Assembly: GCA_041676645.1 (NCBI GenBank)
Contig: JBAYRO010000003.1
Location: 10,888 to 74,887, forward strand
Length of the DNA: 64,000 nucleotides
From: Burkholderiaceae bacterium
GTDB taxonomy: Bacteria; Pseudomonadota; Gammaproteobacteria; Burkholderiales; Burkholderiaceae_E
Direction of reading: 5' to 3'
In this document: positions 48,899-59,037 of the stretch, in pieces
How positions within the stretch are numbered: position 1 is the first letter of the stretch
How the letters are laid out: each line of letters starts with the position of its first letter
Program-made: the position numbers and the translations under genes
The notes under the pieces: model-generated
Seen by the model: the letters and a program-made list of their open reading frames with translations, nothing else
What the model was told of the DNA's origin: nothing
Databases searched by the model: none

Positions 48899-51298
48899 AT
48901 GAGTCGTCGCGAGAAGAACGGTCCGGGCGGTGGGCGGGACTCCGCACCGCCCAGTCGCGAGGCGATCCTGGCCTGCCTGCGCAAGGCGGACGTGCCCTTG
49001 ACCGCCGCGGAGCTGATCGACCGCCTCGCGGTCCGGCCGGCACAGCGCGAACCGCTGGAGCGGCGGCTCGCCGCGATGGAGCGCGATGGACAACTCATGC
49101 CCAATCGCAAGGGCGTGCTGCTGCTCGCGTCGAAGCTGGACTTCATCGCCGGCCGGATCCAGGGGCATCGAGACGGCTTCGGCTTCCTGATTCGCGACGA
49201 TGGCGAGTCCGACATGTTCCTGTCGCCGCGCCAGATGGCCAAGGCCATGCACGGCGACCGGGTGCTGGTCAAGGAGGTCGGCACCGACCACCGGGGTCGC
49301 GCCGAAGGCGCGATCGTGGAGGTCACCGAGAGGGCCAACCAGGTGCTGGTGGGGCGCTTCCTCGACGAGCGTGGCGTCAATATCGTCGTGCCGGAGAACC
49401 AGCGGATCAAGCACGACATCCTGATCCCGCCGGGCGATGCCGCCGGCGCCCGGCATGGCCAGGTGGTCACCTGCGAGATCGTCGATCCACCCTCGGGCTA
49501 CTCGCAACCGATAGGACGGATCGTCGAGGTGCTGGGCGAGATCGACGACCCCGGCATGGAGATCGAGATCGCGGTCCGCAAGTTCGATGTCCCGCATGAA
49601 TTCTCCGGCGAGGCGCTGGAACAGGCGGCGGGCCTGCCCGAGACCGTCAGGCCGACCGATCTGCGCAGGCGCGTGGACCTGCGCGACATCGCCATGGTCA
49701 CGATCGATGGCGAGGACGCGCGCGATTTCGACGATGCGGTCTATTGCGAACGCATGGCCGATGCCGGCGCACGGCGAGGTGGCGCCTGGCGCCTGCTGGT
49801 CGCGATCGCCGATGTCTCCCATTACGTCCGCTCGGGGGACGCGATCGACGCCGATGCGCTCGACCGGAGCACCTCGGTCTACTTCCCGCGCAGGGTCATC
49901 CCGATGTTGCCGGAATCCCTGTCCAACGGACTGTGCTCGCTCAATCCGGCGGTCGATCGCCTGACGCTCGTGTGCGACATGGTGATCGACGACAAGGGCA
50001 AGGTGCGCGGCTACCAGTTCTACGAGGCGGTGATCCATTCGGCGGCCAGGCTCACCTATACCGAGGTCTGGAATGCGCTGTCCGGCCAGCCGAGCGCATT
50101 GCCGGGCGCCATCCGCGAGCGGCTCGACGCCCTGTACGGGCTCTTCCGGGCCCAGCTGGCCGCCCGGCGCGAGCGCGGAGCGATCGAGATCGATACCACC
50201 GAGACGAGCATCGTCTGCGATGAGGCGGGCCGGATCCTGCGCATCGAGCCCACGCATCGCAACGACGCCCACCGCCTCATCGAGGAATGCATGCTGGCGG
50301 CCAATACCTGCGCGGCCGACTTCATGCAGCGCCGCAAGCATGTGGCGCTGTACCGGGTCCATGAAGGCCCGACCCAGGACCGGCTCGCGACCCTGCGGGA
50401 GTTCCTGCGCGGCGTGGGGCTGTCGCTGGGCACGACCGAGGATCCGACACCAGCCGACTACGCCGCGCTGGCCCAGAAGATGCAAGGGCGGCCCGATGCC
50501 GAGCTGCTGCAGACGATGCTGCTGCGCTCGATGCAGCAGGCGATCTACACGCCCGACAATGTCGGGCATTTCGGGCTCGCCTACGAGGCGTACGCTCATT
50601 TCACCTCGCCGATCCGGCGTTACCCCGACCTGCTGACCCATCGAGTGATCAAGGCGCTGATTCGTGGCCGGCGCCATCGGATCTCCGACAAGCCGGCCCG
50701 GGGCAAGGCGGGCGAGGAAGCGGAGCGGGACGCATGGCAGGCGATGGGCATGGCCTGCTCGGCCAACGAGCGCCGCGCCGACGAGGCCTCGCGTGATGTC
50801 GAAGCCTGGCTCAAGTGCCAGTACATGCGCGAGCGCGTCGGCGAACAGTTCTCGGGCCGGATCACGGGCGTGGCCCCGTTCGGCATCTTCGTCACGCTCG
50901 ATACCCTGTTCGTCGAAGGCCTCGTGCATGTCTCGGAGCTCGGCGGGGAGTATTTCCAGTTCAACGAGGCCGGCCACGAACTGCGCGGCGAGCGTACCGG
51001 GCAGCGCTATCGCCTGACCGATCCGATCGACGTCCAGGTCTCGCGGGTCGATCTCGAGGCGCGGCGCATCGAGTTCCGGCTGGTACCCCGGACCGGCTAT
51101 CGCGAGCTCGTCGAGAAGCCGCGTCGTGGCGCCGCCGATGCGGCGGGCCGCCCCGCCCGCAAGGCGGCGTCGGCCAAGTCCGAAGCGGCGAAAAGCGCCC
51201 GGGCGGCGCGGCTCGCCGAACGACGCGGCAAGGGCAAGGCCGGCAAGGGCCGTGATGCCACCGCCAAGTCCGCCGGCAAGCGGGGCTCTCGCAAATGA
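48899..51298 (+). CDS. rnr: Ribonuclease R
   Basis: RNB domain (TIDGEDARDFDDAV...SVYFPRRVIPMLPE...HFGLAYEAYAHFTSPIRRYPDLLTHR), S1 domain (GRITGVAPFGIFVTL), Lys/Arg/Ala-rich tail. Confidence 0.93.
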   Translation: MSRREKNGPGGGRDSAPPSREAILACLRKADVPLTAAELIDRLAVRPAQREPLERRLAAMERDGQLMPNRKGVLLLASKLDFIAGRIQGHRDGFGFLIRDDGESDMFLSPRQMAKAMHGDRVLVKEVGTDHRGRAEGAIVEVTERANQVLVGRFLDERGVNIVVPENQRIKHDILIPPGDAAGARHGQVVTCEIVDPPSGYSQPIGRIVEVLGEIDDPGMEIEIAVRKFDVPHEFSGEALEQAAGLPETVRPTDLRRRVDLRDIAMVTIDGEDARDFDDAVYCERMADAGARRGGAWRLLVAIADVSHYVRSGDAIDADALDRSTSVYFPRRVIPMLPESLSNGLCSLNPAVDRLTLVCDMVIDDKGKVRGYQFYEAVIHSAARLTYTEVWNALSGQPSALPGAIRERLDALYGLFRAQLAARRERGAIEIDTTETSIVCDEAGRILRIEPTHRNDAHRLIEECMLAANTCAADFMQRRKHVALYRVHEGPTQDRLATLREFLRGVGLSLGTTEDPTPADYAALAQKMQGRPDAELLQTMLLRSMQQAIYTPDNVGHFGLAYEAYAHFTSPIRRYPDLLTHRVIKALIRGRRHRISDKPARGKAGEEAERDAWQAMGMACSANERRADEASRDVEAWLKCQYMRERVGEQFSGRITGVAPFGIFVTLDTLFVEGLVHVSELGGEYFQFNEAGHELRGERTGQRYRLTDPIDVQVSRVDLEARRIEFRLVPRTGYRELVEKPRRGAADAAGRPARKAASAKSEAAKSARAARLAERRGKGKAGKGRDATAKSAGKRGSRK

Positions 51299-52035
51299 TC
51301 GTCCATGGCTTTCATGCGGTTGGCGCGCGCATCCGCCGTGATCCGCAGAGCATCACCGAACTCTACGTCGATGCCGATCGCCAGGATGCCCGTATGCGCG
51401 ACCTGCTCGGCATGGCCGAGCGGGCGGGCCTGCGCCCGATCGCGGTGGCCTCGCAGCGGCTCGACCGCCTCGGCGCGGGACGGCGCCACCAGGGGGTGGT
51501 CGCCATCGCCGAAGCGAGCCTGCCGGCGCTGGACCTCGAAACCCTGCTCGATCGCATCGAGGGGCCGGCGCGCCTGCTGGTACTCGACGGTGTCACCGAT
51601 CCACGCAACCTCGGCGCCTGCCTGCGGGTCGCCGACGGCGCCGGGGCGCATGCCGTGATCGCGCCGAAGGACCACGCATCACCGCTCAACGATGCAGCGA
51701 TCCAGACCGCCAGCGGCGCCGCCGAATCGATGCCCTACATCATGGTGACCAATCTCTCTCGCGCGATCGATGCCATGCAGGAGAAGGGGGTCTGGGTGGT
51801 CGGTACCGACGACGAGGCCGAATCGGATCTCTACGACGCCGATCTGCCCGATTCCATCGCCTGGGTCCTGGGCGCCGAGGGCAGGGGCTTGCGCCGCCTG
51901 ACGCGCGAGCGCTGCGACCTGCTGGTTCGCATACCGATGGCCGGGGTCGTCAGCAGCCTGAACGTCGCGGTCGCCTGTGGCGTGGTGCTTTACGAAGGGC
52001 TCCGGCGCGCGCGGTCGCTGGCCTCGCCGCGCTGA
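51295..52035 (+). CDS. rlmB: 23S rRNA (guanosine2251-2'-O)-methyltransferase RlmB
   Basis: SpoU-type motifs (LLVLDGVTDPRNLGACLRVADGAGAHAV; WVLGAEGRGLRRLTRERCD; IPMAGVVSSLNVAVACG). ATGA overlap with rnr. Confidence 0.9.
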   Translation: MIVHGFHAVGARIRRDPQSITELYVDADRQDARMRDLLGMAERAGLRPIAVASQRLDRLGAGRRHQGVVAIAEASLPALDLETLLDRIEGPARLLVLDGVTDPRNLGACLRVADGAGAHAVIAPKDHASPLNDAAIQTASGAAESMPYIMVTNLSRAIDAMQEKGVWVVGTDDEAESDLYDADLPDSIAWVLGAEGRGLRRLTRERCDLLVRIPMAGVVSSLNVAVACGVVLYEGLRRARSLASPR

Positions 52036-52556
52036 TCCCGCTGTCCTGATCGATAACGCCAGGGCGCCTGTGCGGCGGGATCGCGCCACAGGCCGATACC
52101 GGCCTCGCGCGCCCGCGCCTCGGCGCGTTCGTAGGGTTTGCGCAGTTCCACCGGCAGGTCGCGACGATAGCGCCGGAAGTACCAGGCATGGCCGCCTTCG
52201 AGCATCGCCAGGCCGATGTCGCGCTCGTTGATGCCGACCCGCCCGACCAGCCGCCCGTAGCGATCCTTCTTGACCGGCACCACCCGGATCCGCTCGCCAT
52301 CGATGAGTGCGGCGAGGGCCGCGCGCGATGCGTCGCCATGGGGCTGGCCTCGCTCCGGGGCGTCGATGGCCGACAGCCGGAGGCGTTCATTGCGGGTCTG
52401 GCCGCGCCGGCGGATGAGCAGGGAGTCACCATCCTGGACGCGCAGCACGATGGCCTCGAAGGCGAGCTTGCGATCGGCCGCTTCCTCGGCGGCGAATGTC
52501 GCCGGGACGCTCGCCGACAGCAGGAAGAAGAGCAAGGTGGAGAACAGGAGGCGCAT
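51990..52556 (-). CDS. Secreted thermonuclease (SNase)-family nuclease
   Basis: Signal peptide MRLLFSTLLFFLLSASVPATFA. SNase-like contexts LRLSAIDAPERGQPHG and DRYGRLVGRV. Its 3' end overlaps the rlmB 3' end by 46 nt (convergent). Confidence 0.8.
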   Translation of the reverse strand: MRLLFSTLLFFLLSASVPATFAAEEAADRKLAFEAIVLRVQDGDSLLIRRRGQTRNERLRLSAIDAPERGQPHGDASRAALAALIDGERIRVVPVKKDRYGRLVGRVGINERDIGLAMLEGGHAWYFRRYRRDLPVELRKPYERAEARAREAGIGLWRDPAAQAPWRYRSGQRDQRGEASDRARRSPS

Positions 52557-52705
52557 CGCGGCAGGGACGGGGAGTCGATCGGCAAGTCTGGCAAGCGGAC
52601 CGACGCTTCGCAAGCCGTCCTTCGACCGGTGCCGTCCCAGTGGCGCTCGGCCGCGCCTGCGAGCGCGGCCGAAGCAAGCAACAGCGGGCGTGGGGCCGTT
52701 TCCCT

Positions 52706-53170
52706 TCAGCGCACGCCGTCGGGAAGGCTGGCGGTGCTGATGAGGCGATCGGCCAGCGGATCGAAGTCGAGCGCGATCCGCTTGATCGAGGCGACCGGCT
52801 CGCCCCCGGCGATGGCCGGGGCGAAGCGGGCATGCCGGATCGTTGCGAAGAGCGTCTCGAGGGCCTCGTCGTCGAGGCCTTCGACCCGCCTCGCGGCCAG
52901 TCGCTCGAGCGTGCCGTCGGCTCGGATGTGGATCACGAGTTCCAGGCTGGCGCGCTGCTGGCGCTCCATTGCGAAGTCCTCGAACCCGACCGGGGGGAAG
53001 GTGAAGCGCGCCGGTTCATCGGCCTGCCAGGCTTCGACATGACTGCCGCCGGCCGGTCCGCCGCCCTGCTGGCAGCCAGCCATGAGCGCGGTTGCCAGCA
53101 GGGCCGTGGCGAGCAGAGCGCCGGCTCGCGCCCCGGCACGGGGCGCGGCTGTCGCGTGTCGGCATGCCAT
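52706..53170 (-). CDS. Lipoprotein with TonB C-terminal-like domain, last tightly coupled gene of the minor-pilin operon
   Basis: Lipobox LMAGC. C-terminal pattern LELVIHIRADGTLERLAARRVEGLDDEALETLFATIRHARFAPAIAGGEPVASIKRIALDF resembles TonB_C. Its start lies 2 nt after the pilY1 stop. Confidence 0.6.
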   Translation of the reverse strand: MACRHATAAPRAGARAGALLATALLATALMAGCQQGGGPAGGSHVEAWQADEPARFTFPPVGFEDFAMERQQRASLELVIHIRADGTLERLAARRVEGLDDEALETLFATIRHARFAPAIAGGEPVASIKRIALDFDPLADRLISTASLPDGVR

Positions 53171-53172
53171 GC

Positions 53173-56100
53173 TCACGTGCCCGGCTCGGTGATCTCGCGC
53201 CAGCCCATCGAGCGCGGATCGAGATAGCGCAGGTAGCCCTGGGTGAGCTTGAGCTCGTTGAACTGGCCGGTGATCACCGCCCGGATGTTGCCGCCGACCC
53301 GCACCAGGCGCAGCCCGACCGCACCGGTCATCGGATCGAAGGCCGTGATCCGCGTCGGCGTGCCGTCGCCCAGGGTGCCCGGATCGTAGAGCTGCGACTG
53401 GCCGGTCTCGAAATTGGCGGCATAGATGCGCGAGGAGCCGCCTTCGTTGCAGATCTGGGTGGTCTGCGGAATCGTGCCCAGCCAGGAGATCTTGCCGAGG
53501 TCGGTATCCTGCGGGTCGACCACCACCCGTTCGCCGCCGCCGAGCAGGTCGTGGTACCAGCCGGCCGGCCGGGCCGGATCCGGGGTGATCGGGTTGAGCA
53601 GGTCGGTGTTGGCGATCATGTCCGAGCGCATCAGCGGGAAGCTCGGCGCTTCGCCGACCTCGCTTTCCCATGGCGCCAGCCGGGTGCCGTCGCGGAAGGC
53701 GTAGAAGCTCTGCTGTTGGGTGGTGTAGATGTCGTCCTGGCCAAGCATCCGACCCGAGCCGATGAACACGTAGCGGTTCCGGGTGATCGGCGCGACCCGG
53801 ACGATCGGTCCCGAGGTGATCGACTGGTGGGCCGGCAGGCTCGCGAAATGGACCGGACTGGGCACATCGGCGGCATCGTTGCTGAAGTCGAAGCGCCAGA
53901 TGTTGCCGCGGAGATCGCCGCCGTAGACTTCGGTCACCGTGCCGTCGGCGCTGTCCGGGGTGTAGGCGGTGACCTGCGCGAGCCCGGACGGATCGAGCTC
54001 GCTGCCCGAACTGGTCGAGATCTTCTGGAGCAGGGCGCCGGTCTTGATGTCGACCACATAGAGCCAGCCCTGGCCGCTGCCGCTGGAGCCGTGCGAGGTG
54101 ATGTTGTTGTAGCCCGAGGTGAGCAGCGCGACCCAGCCCCAGCGCTTGGTCTTCACCACCTGGGGCGCGCCGAAGGAGTAGCCCATCGTCGGGTCCTGGA
54201 ATTCCCACAGGACCTTCCCGGCAACGCCTGTCTCCGTGTCGAAGGCGCTGGGATCGGTGACATCGATCGCGAAGTAGCCTCGGCCGCCCTTGCCGAGACC
54301 ACCGATCAGGACCGAGCGCCAGTCGCCGCTCGCGCCGGTGGCGCCGTTGGTGCGGGCGAAGTCCGCGTCGTAGATCCAGGCGGTGGCGTTGACGTAGTTG
54401 CGATGGACGTAGGTCTTGCTCGCGAGGTCGGCGAGCACGCCCGGGCCGGCCCCGGCCGCTTGCGAATAGAGGAAGGAAGGCACATAGGCGAAGACCTCGG
54501 TGCCGCCTGCCGGATCGCCGTCGACCCGGGCGTCGAAGGCATGCAGCATGCCGTCGTTGGCGCCGACGTAGAGCATCTCGCGGCGGTCCTTCCAGGCCTC
54601 CTTGAAGGCGCCGTAGCCGGGATTGTAGGCTTCGGACAGAGGCGCGTTCGGTGCGCCGACGTAGCGGGCCTCGGAGTCGATGATGTCGCCCAGCTTGCTG
54701 TCGACGATGGTGCCGGTGGCGGTCTTGCGCAGCCGCTTGCGGAAGGCGCCGATGTCGTTCTTCCCGCGCAGCCATTCGAGGATCTCGGTGTCGTTGTCGA
54801 GCGCGTTCTGCTGCCAGCCCGAGAGATTGCCCCAGCGGAACGGCCGGGCGACCCCACCCGTGGCGGTCGGGCTGTTCTTGGTCCAGGTGACGATGCGTCG
54901 GCCGTTGTCCCAGCCCTGGGCCGCCAGCTTGTCGGCGGCGTTCCATTGCTGGGCGACGGTGATGTTGCCGGATGCCTCGTCGAAGCCCGAGTAGGTATAG
55001 CCGACCAGGTTGCCCGACCAGAACGCCGGGTCGTAGCTCACCCGGAAGATGCCGGTATCGGTCTGCAGCTCGACCGAGCGGGTCGAGGTGTTGATTCCCA
55101 CCGCGGTGGCGACCTGGGCGCGGATCGAGGAGAAGGCCGCCTTCAGGCCGTCGACGAGCGCTTCCGGCGAGCCGGCCTCGTAGTAGTTGTCGGGCAGGTC
55201 GTCGCCGTCGCGATCCCAGACATCGCGGATGTCGATCACGCCGTCGCCGTTTTCGTCGGCGATCGCATCACCGATGTCCAGGGTCGCCGGCGCATAGGGC
55301 CCACCGGGCGGATCGATCGTGTTCTGGTCGATGAAACCGCCGTACTTGGCCGCCAGCCAGAGCTGGTTGCGGCGGCGGGGATCGGTGCGCGAAACACCGG
55401 TGCCCCAGCTGCCCGACTCCCGGACATCGACGAAGTAGGAGCGCACCCGCTGGCGGCCTCGCGACTGGATCGTGCCCTCGGAATCGGGTCGGATGTCCCG
55501 CGAGTTGGCATAGTAGGCGAGCGAGGCGATGTAGGCCGAGCCGTTGCAGCAGTTGACCTGGCCCGGTGCGAGATTGCCGCCGCTCGAGTTGAGCAGCTGG
55601 ACGCCTTCATTGGCGAGCTCGGTGGTGATGATCTCGTTGAGCAGGGTAGAGACGTTGGCCGGAAAGCCCGCCGCGTTCGAGGGTTGCGCACCGCCCTCGT
55701 TGACGGTGGACGAGTTGCCCGGCAGGCGCTTGTCCTTGTGGGTGTTTGCATCGGCGATGCCGATGATGAAGTTGTTGGGACACCATTCGTCGGCATCCTC
55801 GAAACCGAGGGGTGGTGCCAGGGGGTCGTCCCAGTCGACGATGATCGGGAAACCGTCGACCTTGCGCGGGTTGCCTCCTCCGGTCAGGCCGAGGTTCGAG
55901 TACTCGGGCGTCGGTTCGAGGTCCATGTAGTAGCGCAGCGCCTCGTAGTACATCTCGCTGACGGGATCATGGTTCTTGTAGCCGTCGCGGCGCCCGAAGC
56001 GGTTGAGGTAGCGTGTCACACCGGACTGGATGATGGTGCCGGTGGTAGCGCTGGCATCTGTCGGATCCGGGTTTGCCACATAGACCCCGGTGGTAGCGTC

Positions 56101-57216
56101 CCATTCGCGATGGGTATTGGCGAGCTCGCCGATTGCGCCCAGCACCGGGCGAGTCGGACCGACGAACTTCATGCGGGCCCGCAGCACGCCTCCGTCGCGA
56201 TAGATGTCGTCATCGAGCAGGTAGCCCATTGCCGCAAAGCGCACATCCATCGCGTTTTCCTGGATCAGCCCGGTGGGCTTGAGGTTTCCGGCGCTGTACG
56301 CGGTGCAGGTGGTGACGGTTTCGGGATAGGACGGATCGCAGACCTTGACCCGGACCCGGAAGTTCTCGGTGTGGTTGGTGATTCCGCTGTTCGATGCAAT
56401 GCGCATCCAGGTGTCCCGGCCCGAGATCGAGACATAGAGTTCGCTGCGGGTAAAGGGCGTGACGCTGGCCGGTGTGGTGATCGGAACGTCGCTGAAGGCC
56501 CTGCCGATCTGCTTGACCGGGAACTGCGCGGTTCCGCCCTGGCCGTCGTGCCGGGCCTTCTCGAGTACCGTCATGGCGGAGCTGTCGATGGATCTGTCGC
56601 CGCCTGTCATCACCCAGCGGAACAGGTCGATCGTGTGCATCGTCGACCAGTTCAGGAAGTTGCCGCTCCATCCCGCACCGCCGCAGGTGGCGTCGGAGTT
56701 TGTGGGCTGGTCCTTGTAGTTCCGGGTCGGGTCATAGCCGTTGGTGTTGCCGTAGGGCTCGAAGTACTCGGCGCCTTCGTTGTAGCTGTAGCACTTGTAG
56801 GGATCGAAGTAGCCGATGTAGGGCATCGAGAGCTGGGGCTTGAAGCTCGGGTTGCCGGTGTTTTCCGCCGCGATCCGGGACGCCCGGACCCCGGGGCTGA
56901 AGTAGCAGGCGCTGCGACCAGCGTCACGGCCCGGGCAGCCGGTGCCCGAGGTCTCGTCGTTGTAGGCCTGGACGTTGCCGGTTGGCCACTCCACCGACAG
57001 GGCGAGCAGGACGTTGGCCGGCACGCTGAGCGTGGTGCGGGCCGGCTGGTCCGAGAGGTCGGTCTCGGCGACCGCCAGCGGTGTGTAGGCGAGGATGGTC
57101 GCCGCGATGATCGAGGACCAGCGTGCGGTGGCGCTGTCGCGCATGCGCTGCACGAAGTGGTCGGGCGTTTCGGCGGTCCGGGCGGGATCATGCGAAACAG
57201 GGTGGCTGCGCGGCAT
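53173..57216 (-). CDS. pilY1: Type IV pilus tip-associated adhesin/biogenesis factor PilY1
   Basis: Signal-like N terminus (WSSIIAATILAYTPLAVA), acidic Ca-binding-like run DENGDGVIDIRDVWDRDGDD. C-terminal propeller with MLYVGANDGMLHAFD and LIGGLGKGGRGYFAIDVTDP. Alternative start at 57144. Confidence 0.85.
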   Translation of the reverse strand: MPRSHPVSHDPARTAETPDHFVQRMRDSATARWSSIIAATILAYTPLAVAETDLSDQPARTTLSVPANVLLALSVEWPTGNVQAYNDETSGTGCPGRDAGRSACYFSPGVRASRIAAENTGNPSFKPQLSMPYIGYFDPYKCYSYNEGAEYFEPYGNTNGYDPTRNYKDQPTNSDATCGGAGWSGNFLNWSTMHTIDLFRWVMTGGDRSIDSSAMTVLEKARHDGQGGTAQFPVKQIGRAFSDVPITTPASVTPFTRSELYVSISGRDTWMRIASNSGITNHTENFRVRVKVCDPSYPETVTTCTAYSAGNLKPTGLIQENAMDVRFAAMGYLLDDDIYRDGGVLRARMKFVGPTRPVLGAIGELANTHREWDATTGVYVANPDPTDASATTGTIIQSGVTRYLNRFGRRDGYKNHDPVSEMYYEALRYYMDLEPTPEYSNLGLTGGGNPRKVDGFPIIVDWDDPLAPPLGFEDADEWCPNNFIIGIADANTHKDKRLPGNSSTVNEGGAQPSNAAGFPANVSTLLNEIITTELANEGVQLLNSSGGNLAPGQVNCCNGSAYIASLAYYANSRDIRPDSEGTIQSRGRQRVRSYFVDVRESGSWGTGVSRTDPRRRNQLWLAAKYGGFIDQNTIDPPGGPYAPATLDIGDAIADENGDGVIDIRDVWDRDGDDLPDNYYEAGSPEALVDGLKAAFSSIRAQVATAVGINTSTRSVELQTDTGIFRVSYDPAFWSGNLVGYTYSGFDEASGNITVAQQWNAADKLAAQGWDNGRRIVTWTKNSPTATGGVARPFRWGNLSGWQQNALDNDTEILEWLRGKNDIGAFRKRLRKTATGTIVDSKLGDIIDSEARYVGAPNAPLSEAYNPGYGAFKEAWKDRREMLYVGANDGMLHAFDARVDGDPAGGTEVFAYVPSFLYSQAAGAGPGVLADLASKTYVHRNYVNATAWIYDADFARTNGATGASGDWRSVLIGGLGKGGRGYFAIDVTDPSAFDTETGVAGKVLWEFQDPTMGYSFGAPQVVKTKRWGWVALLTSGYNNITSHGSSGSGQGWLYVVDIKTGALLQKISTSSGSELDPSGLAQVTAYTPDSADGTVTEVYGGDLRGNIWRFDFSNDAADVPSPVHFASLPAHQSITSGPIVRVAPITRNRYVFIGSGRMLGQDDIYTTQQQSFYAFRDGTRLAPWESEVGEAPSFPLMRSDMIANTDLLNPITPDPARPAGWYHDLLGGGERVVVDPQDTDLGKISWLGTIPQTTQICNEGGSSRIYAANFETGQSQLYDPGTLGDGTPTRITAFDPMTGAVGLRLVRVGGNIRAVITGQFNELKLTQGYLRYLDPRSMGWREITEPGT

Positions 57217-57221
57217 GGCGG

Positions 57222-57836
57222 TCACTCGATCGGCAAGGTGAACAGGGCTTGCGACAGGGCTTCCACCCCGCGCGGTCCATTGGTACGCGCCGTGACCCGG
57301 AACACCGGGGTGCGCGGCGTCGATACGCTCGAGCAGCGCGAGCAGTTGTCCGGCACCCGCGTGCTCGACATCGCGCAATGGTTGTCGGCGGCCGGCTCCT
57401 GCAGCGAGCAGAGGCGTTCGATCATGTAGACGGTTTCCATCCCTTCGCCGCTGGCGATCATCGACGATGTCGCGATCGGGCCGAACTCGGCGCCGAGGCT
57501 GGCGGCGTCCTTCATCGCCAGGGGGACGCCGGCGCTGTCGGTGGGCAGGGCGACGGCCGAGTAGGCGAAGCCGCCGGCCTGGCCGAGGGCGTCGGTCTCG
57601 GTGTTCCTGAGCATCGAGAAGTGGCGGGTCGCCTGCGCTTCGAACTCGGTGATCGCCGCCCGGATCGCGATCTGGTTGCGGTTGACGGCGTCGCGCTGGA
57701 AGGAGGCGTTACGCGCGAGCAGCGTCGAGGAATCGATCATCCGCACCAGGCCGATCGATGCCATGGCCATCACGGTGACCATCACCAGGGCGATCGGCAG
57801 CGCGGTACCGCATTGGCGTCGGAGCAGGGCGTACAT
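57222..57836 (-). CDS. pilX: Type IV pilus minor pilin PilX
   Basis: PilX_N-like hydrophobic N terminus GTALPIALVMVTVMAMASIGLVRMIDSS. Position between pilW and pilY1. Confidence 0.72.
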   Translation of the reverse strand: MYALLRRQCGTALPIALVMVTVMAMASIGLVRMIDSSTLLARNASFQRDAVNRNQIAIRAAITEFEAQATRHFSMLRNTETDALGQAGGFAYSAVALPTDSAGVPLAMKDAASLGAEFGPIATSSMIASGEGMETVYMIERLCSLQEPAADNHCAMSSTRVPDNCSRCSSVSTPRTPVFRVTARTNGPRGVEALSQALFTLPIE

Positions 57837-57848
57837 GGCGCGGTCTCG

Positions 57849-59030
57849 TCAGGTGCAGGCGCCGGCCGACGGAATCCCGCCGTAGCGCCGATGTTCCGCG
57901 CAGAGCGCGATACGCTGGTTGGGCAATGGAACGACCGTGTCGTAGACCTGGTACTGGAAGCTGCGCTGCTCGACGCTATGGTTCAGCGTGGTCTGCACCG
58001 TCGCCGGCAGGTCCGGGAAGAGGGTGATACTGGCCGGCCCCTGCACACCCTGCCTCTCGGTCGAGCGCACCACGATGGCAAGGCGCAGCGCCTTGATGGC
58101 CAGCGCGGCTTCGCCGTTGGCCTGCAGGTTCGCGAAGGACCAGGCGTCGGTCGGCGTGACCCAGGTGTCGACGATGTTGTCGTCGGCCACGCCGCCGGCC
58201 GAGCCATCGTCGATGCCGTAGAGGACCTGCAGGTTCACCACGTTCTCGCCGATCGGGGCCGGCTCCGACAGGGTGATCCGCTCGAGCATGTCGAGCTGCA
58301 CGAGCTGCTCGTCGTCGCTCACGCCGAACAGCGCGAAGGTCGGGGTCGCGCCGATGTTCATCAGGGTGTAGTCGGCCGGCTGCGGCAGCAGGGTGAAGCC
58401 GTTGGCGTTGTTGTAGGGAGCCGCCAGGGCGCTGGATGTCGGCACCGCGGTCGCGGCGGCCTGTCCGGTAAGCGGGGGTGTGTAGCTCGAGTCGACCTGG
58501 CCGATCTGGCAGTCGCCGCCGCTGGTGGACGGATTGGACACGAGCAGCATGTCGCCGGCCCGGAAGCCGACCGAAGGCAGGGTCTCGACCTGCGCCTGGG
58601 AGGTGATCGTCACCGCCATCGGCGCGCCGCCGGTCGAGTTGCCGGCGCTCATCACCATCACGGTGTCGGGGTTCGTGCCGCCGCCGTCGAGCACCGCGAT
58701 CGGCAGCAGGTTCAGGCTCGTCGGCAGGGCGGCGAAGGGTTGCGGCCATGCGCTGGCCCGTGGCAGCAGCGCCGAGCCGTTCTGCCATGCCAGGAGCCGG
58801 CAGCCCCAGACGTTCATGCCATTGGCGAAGCCGTTGCCGGCCAGGCGCAGCTCGCGCATCAGCCGCCAGCCGGTCATGGTGCCGACCTGCTGGGCATCGG
58901 CCTGGCCGGTGGTGGCGCGCCGCCCGATCTCGCTGGCCGAGAAACCCTGCACGATCGCGAGCGCGGCGAGCAGGCCGATGGCCATCCCGACGAGCAGTTC
59001 GACTATCGAAAGGCCTCGCTGTGAACGCAT
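57849..59030 (-). CDS. pilW: Type IV pilus minor pilin PilW
   Basis: Prepilin-type N terminus MRSQRG/LSIVELLVGMAIGLLAALAIV. Size of about 390 aa typical of PilW. Confidence 0.8.
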   Translation of the reverse strand: MRSQRGLSIVELLVGMAIGLLAALAIVQGFSASEIGRRATTGQADAQQVGTMTGWRLMRELRLAGNGFANGMNVWGCRLLAWQNGSALLPRASAWPQPFAALPTSLNLLPIAVLDGGGTNPDTVMVMSAGNSTGGAPMAVTITSQAQVETLPSVGFRAGDMLLVSNPSTSGGDCQIGQVDSSYTPPLTGQAAATAVPTSSALAAPYNNANGFTLLPQPADYTLMNIGATPTFALFGVSDDEQLVQLDMLERITLSEPAPIGENVVNLQVLYGIDDGSAGGVADDNIVDTWVTPTDAWSFANLQANGEAALAIKALRLAIVVRSTERQGVQGPASITLFPDLPATVQTTLNHSVEQRSFQYQVYDTVVPLPNQRIALCAEHRRYGGIPSAGACT

Positions 59031-59037
59031 CCCGACC

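Noticed and set aside
48660-48900. tRNA-Leu as an integration hotspot or genomic-island border
   Set aside because: Both flanks are conserved housekeeping genes (purA plus a PRT gene on one side, rnr-rlmB on the other). No integrase was seen, no duplicated tRNA 3' segment, and no compositional shift.
53092-57429. 1445-aa ORF on the + strand
   Set aside because: It lies exactly antisense to pilY1. The translation is Arg/Gly/Ala/Val/Asp-rich with no recognisable motifs, and no RBS or partner genes are present. Long stop-free antisense frames are expected in DNA this GC-rich, while the pilY1 frame has clear family motifs.
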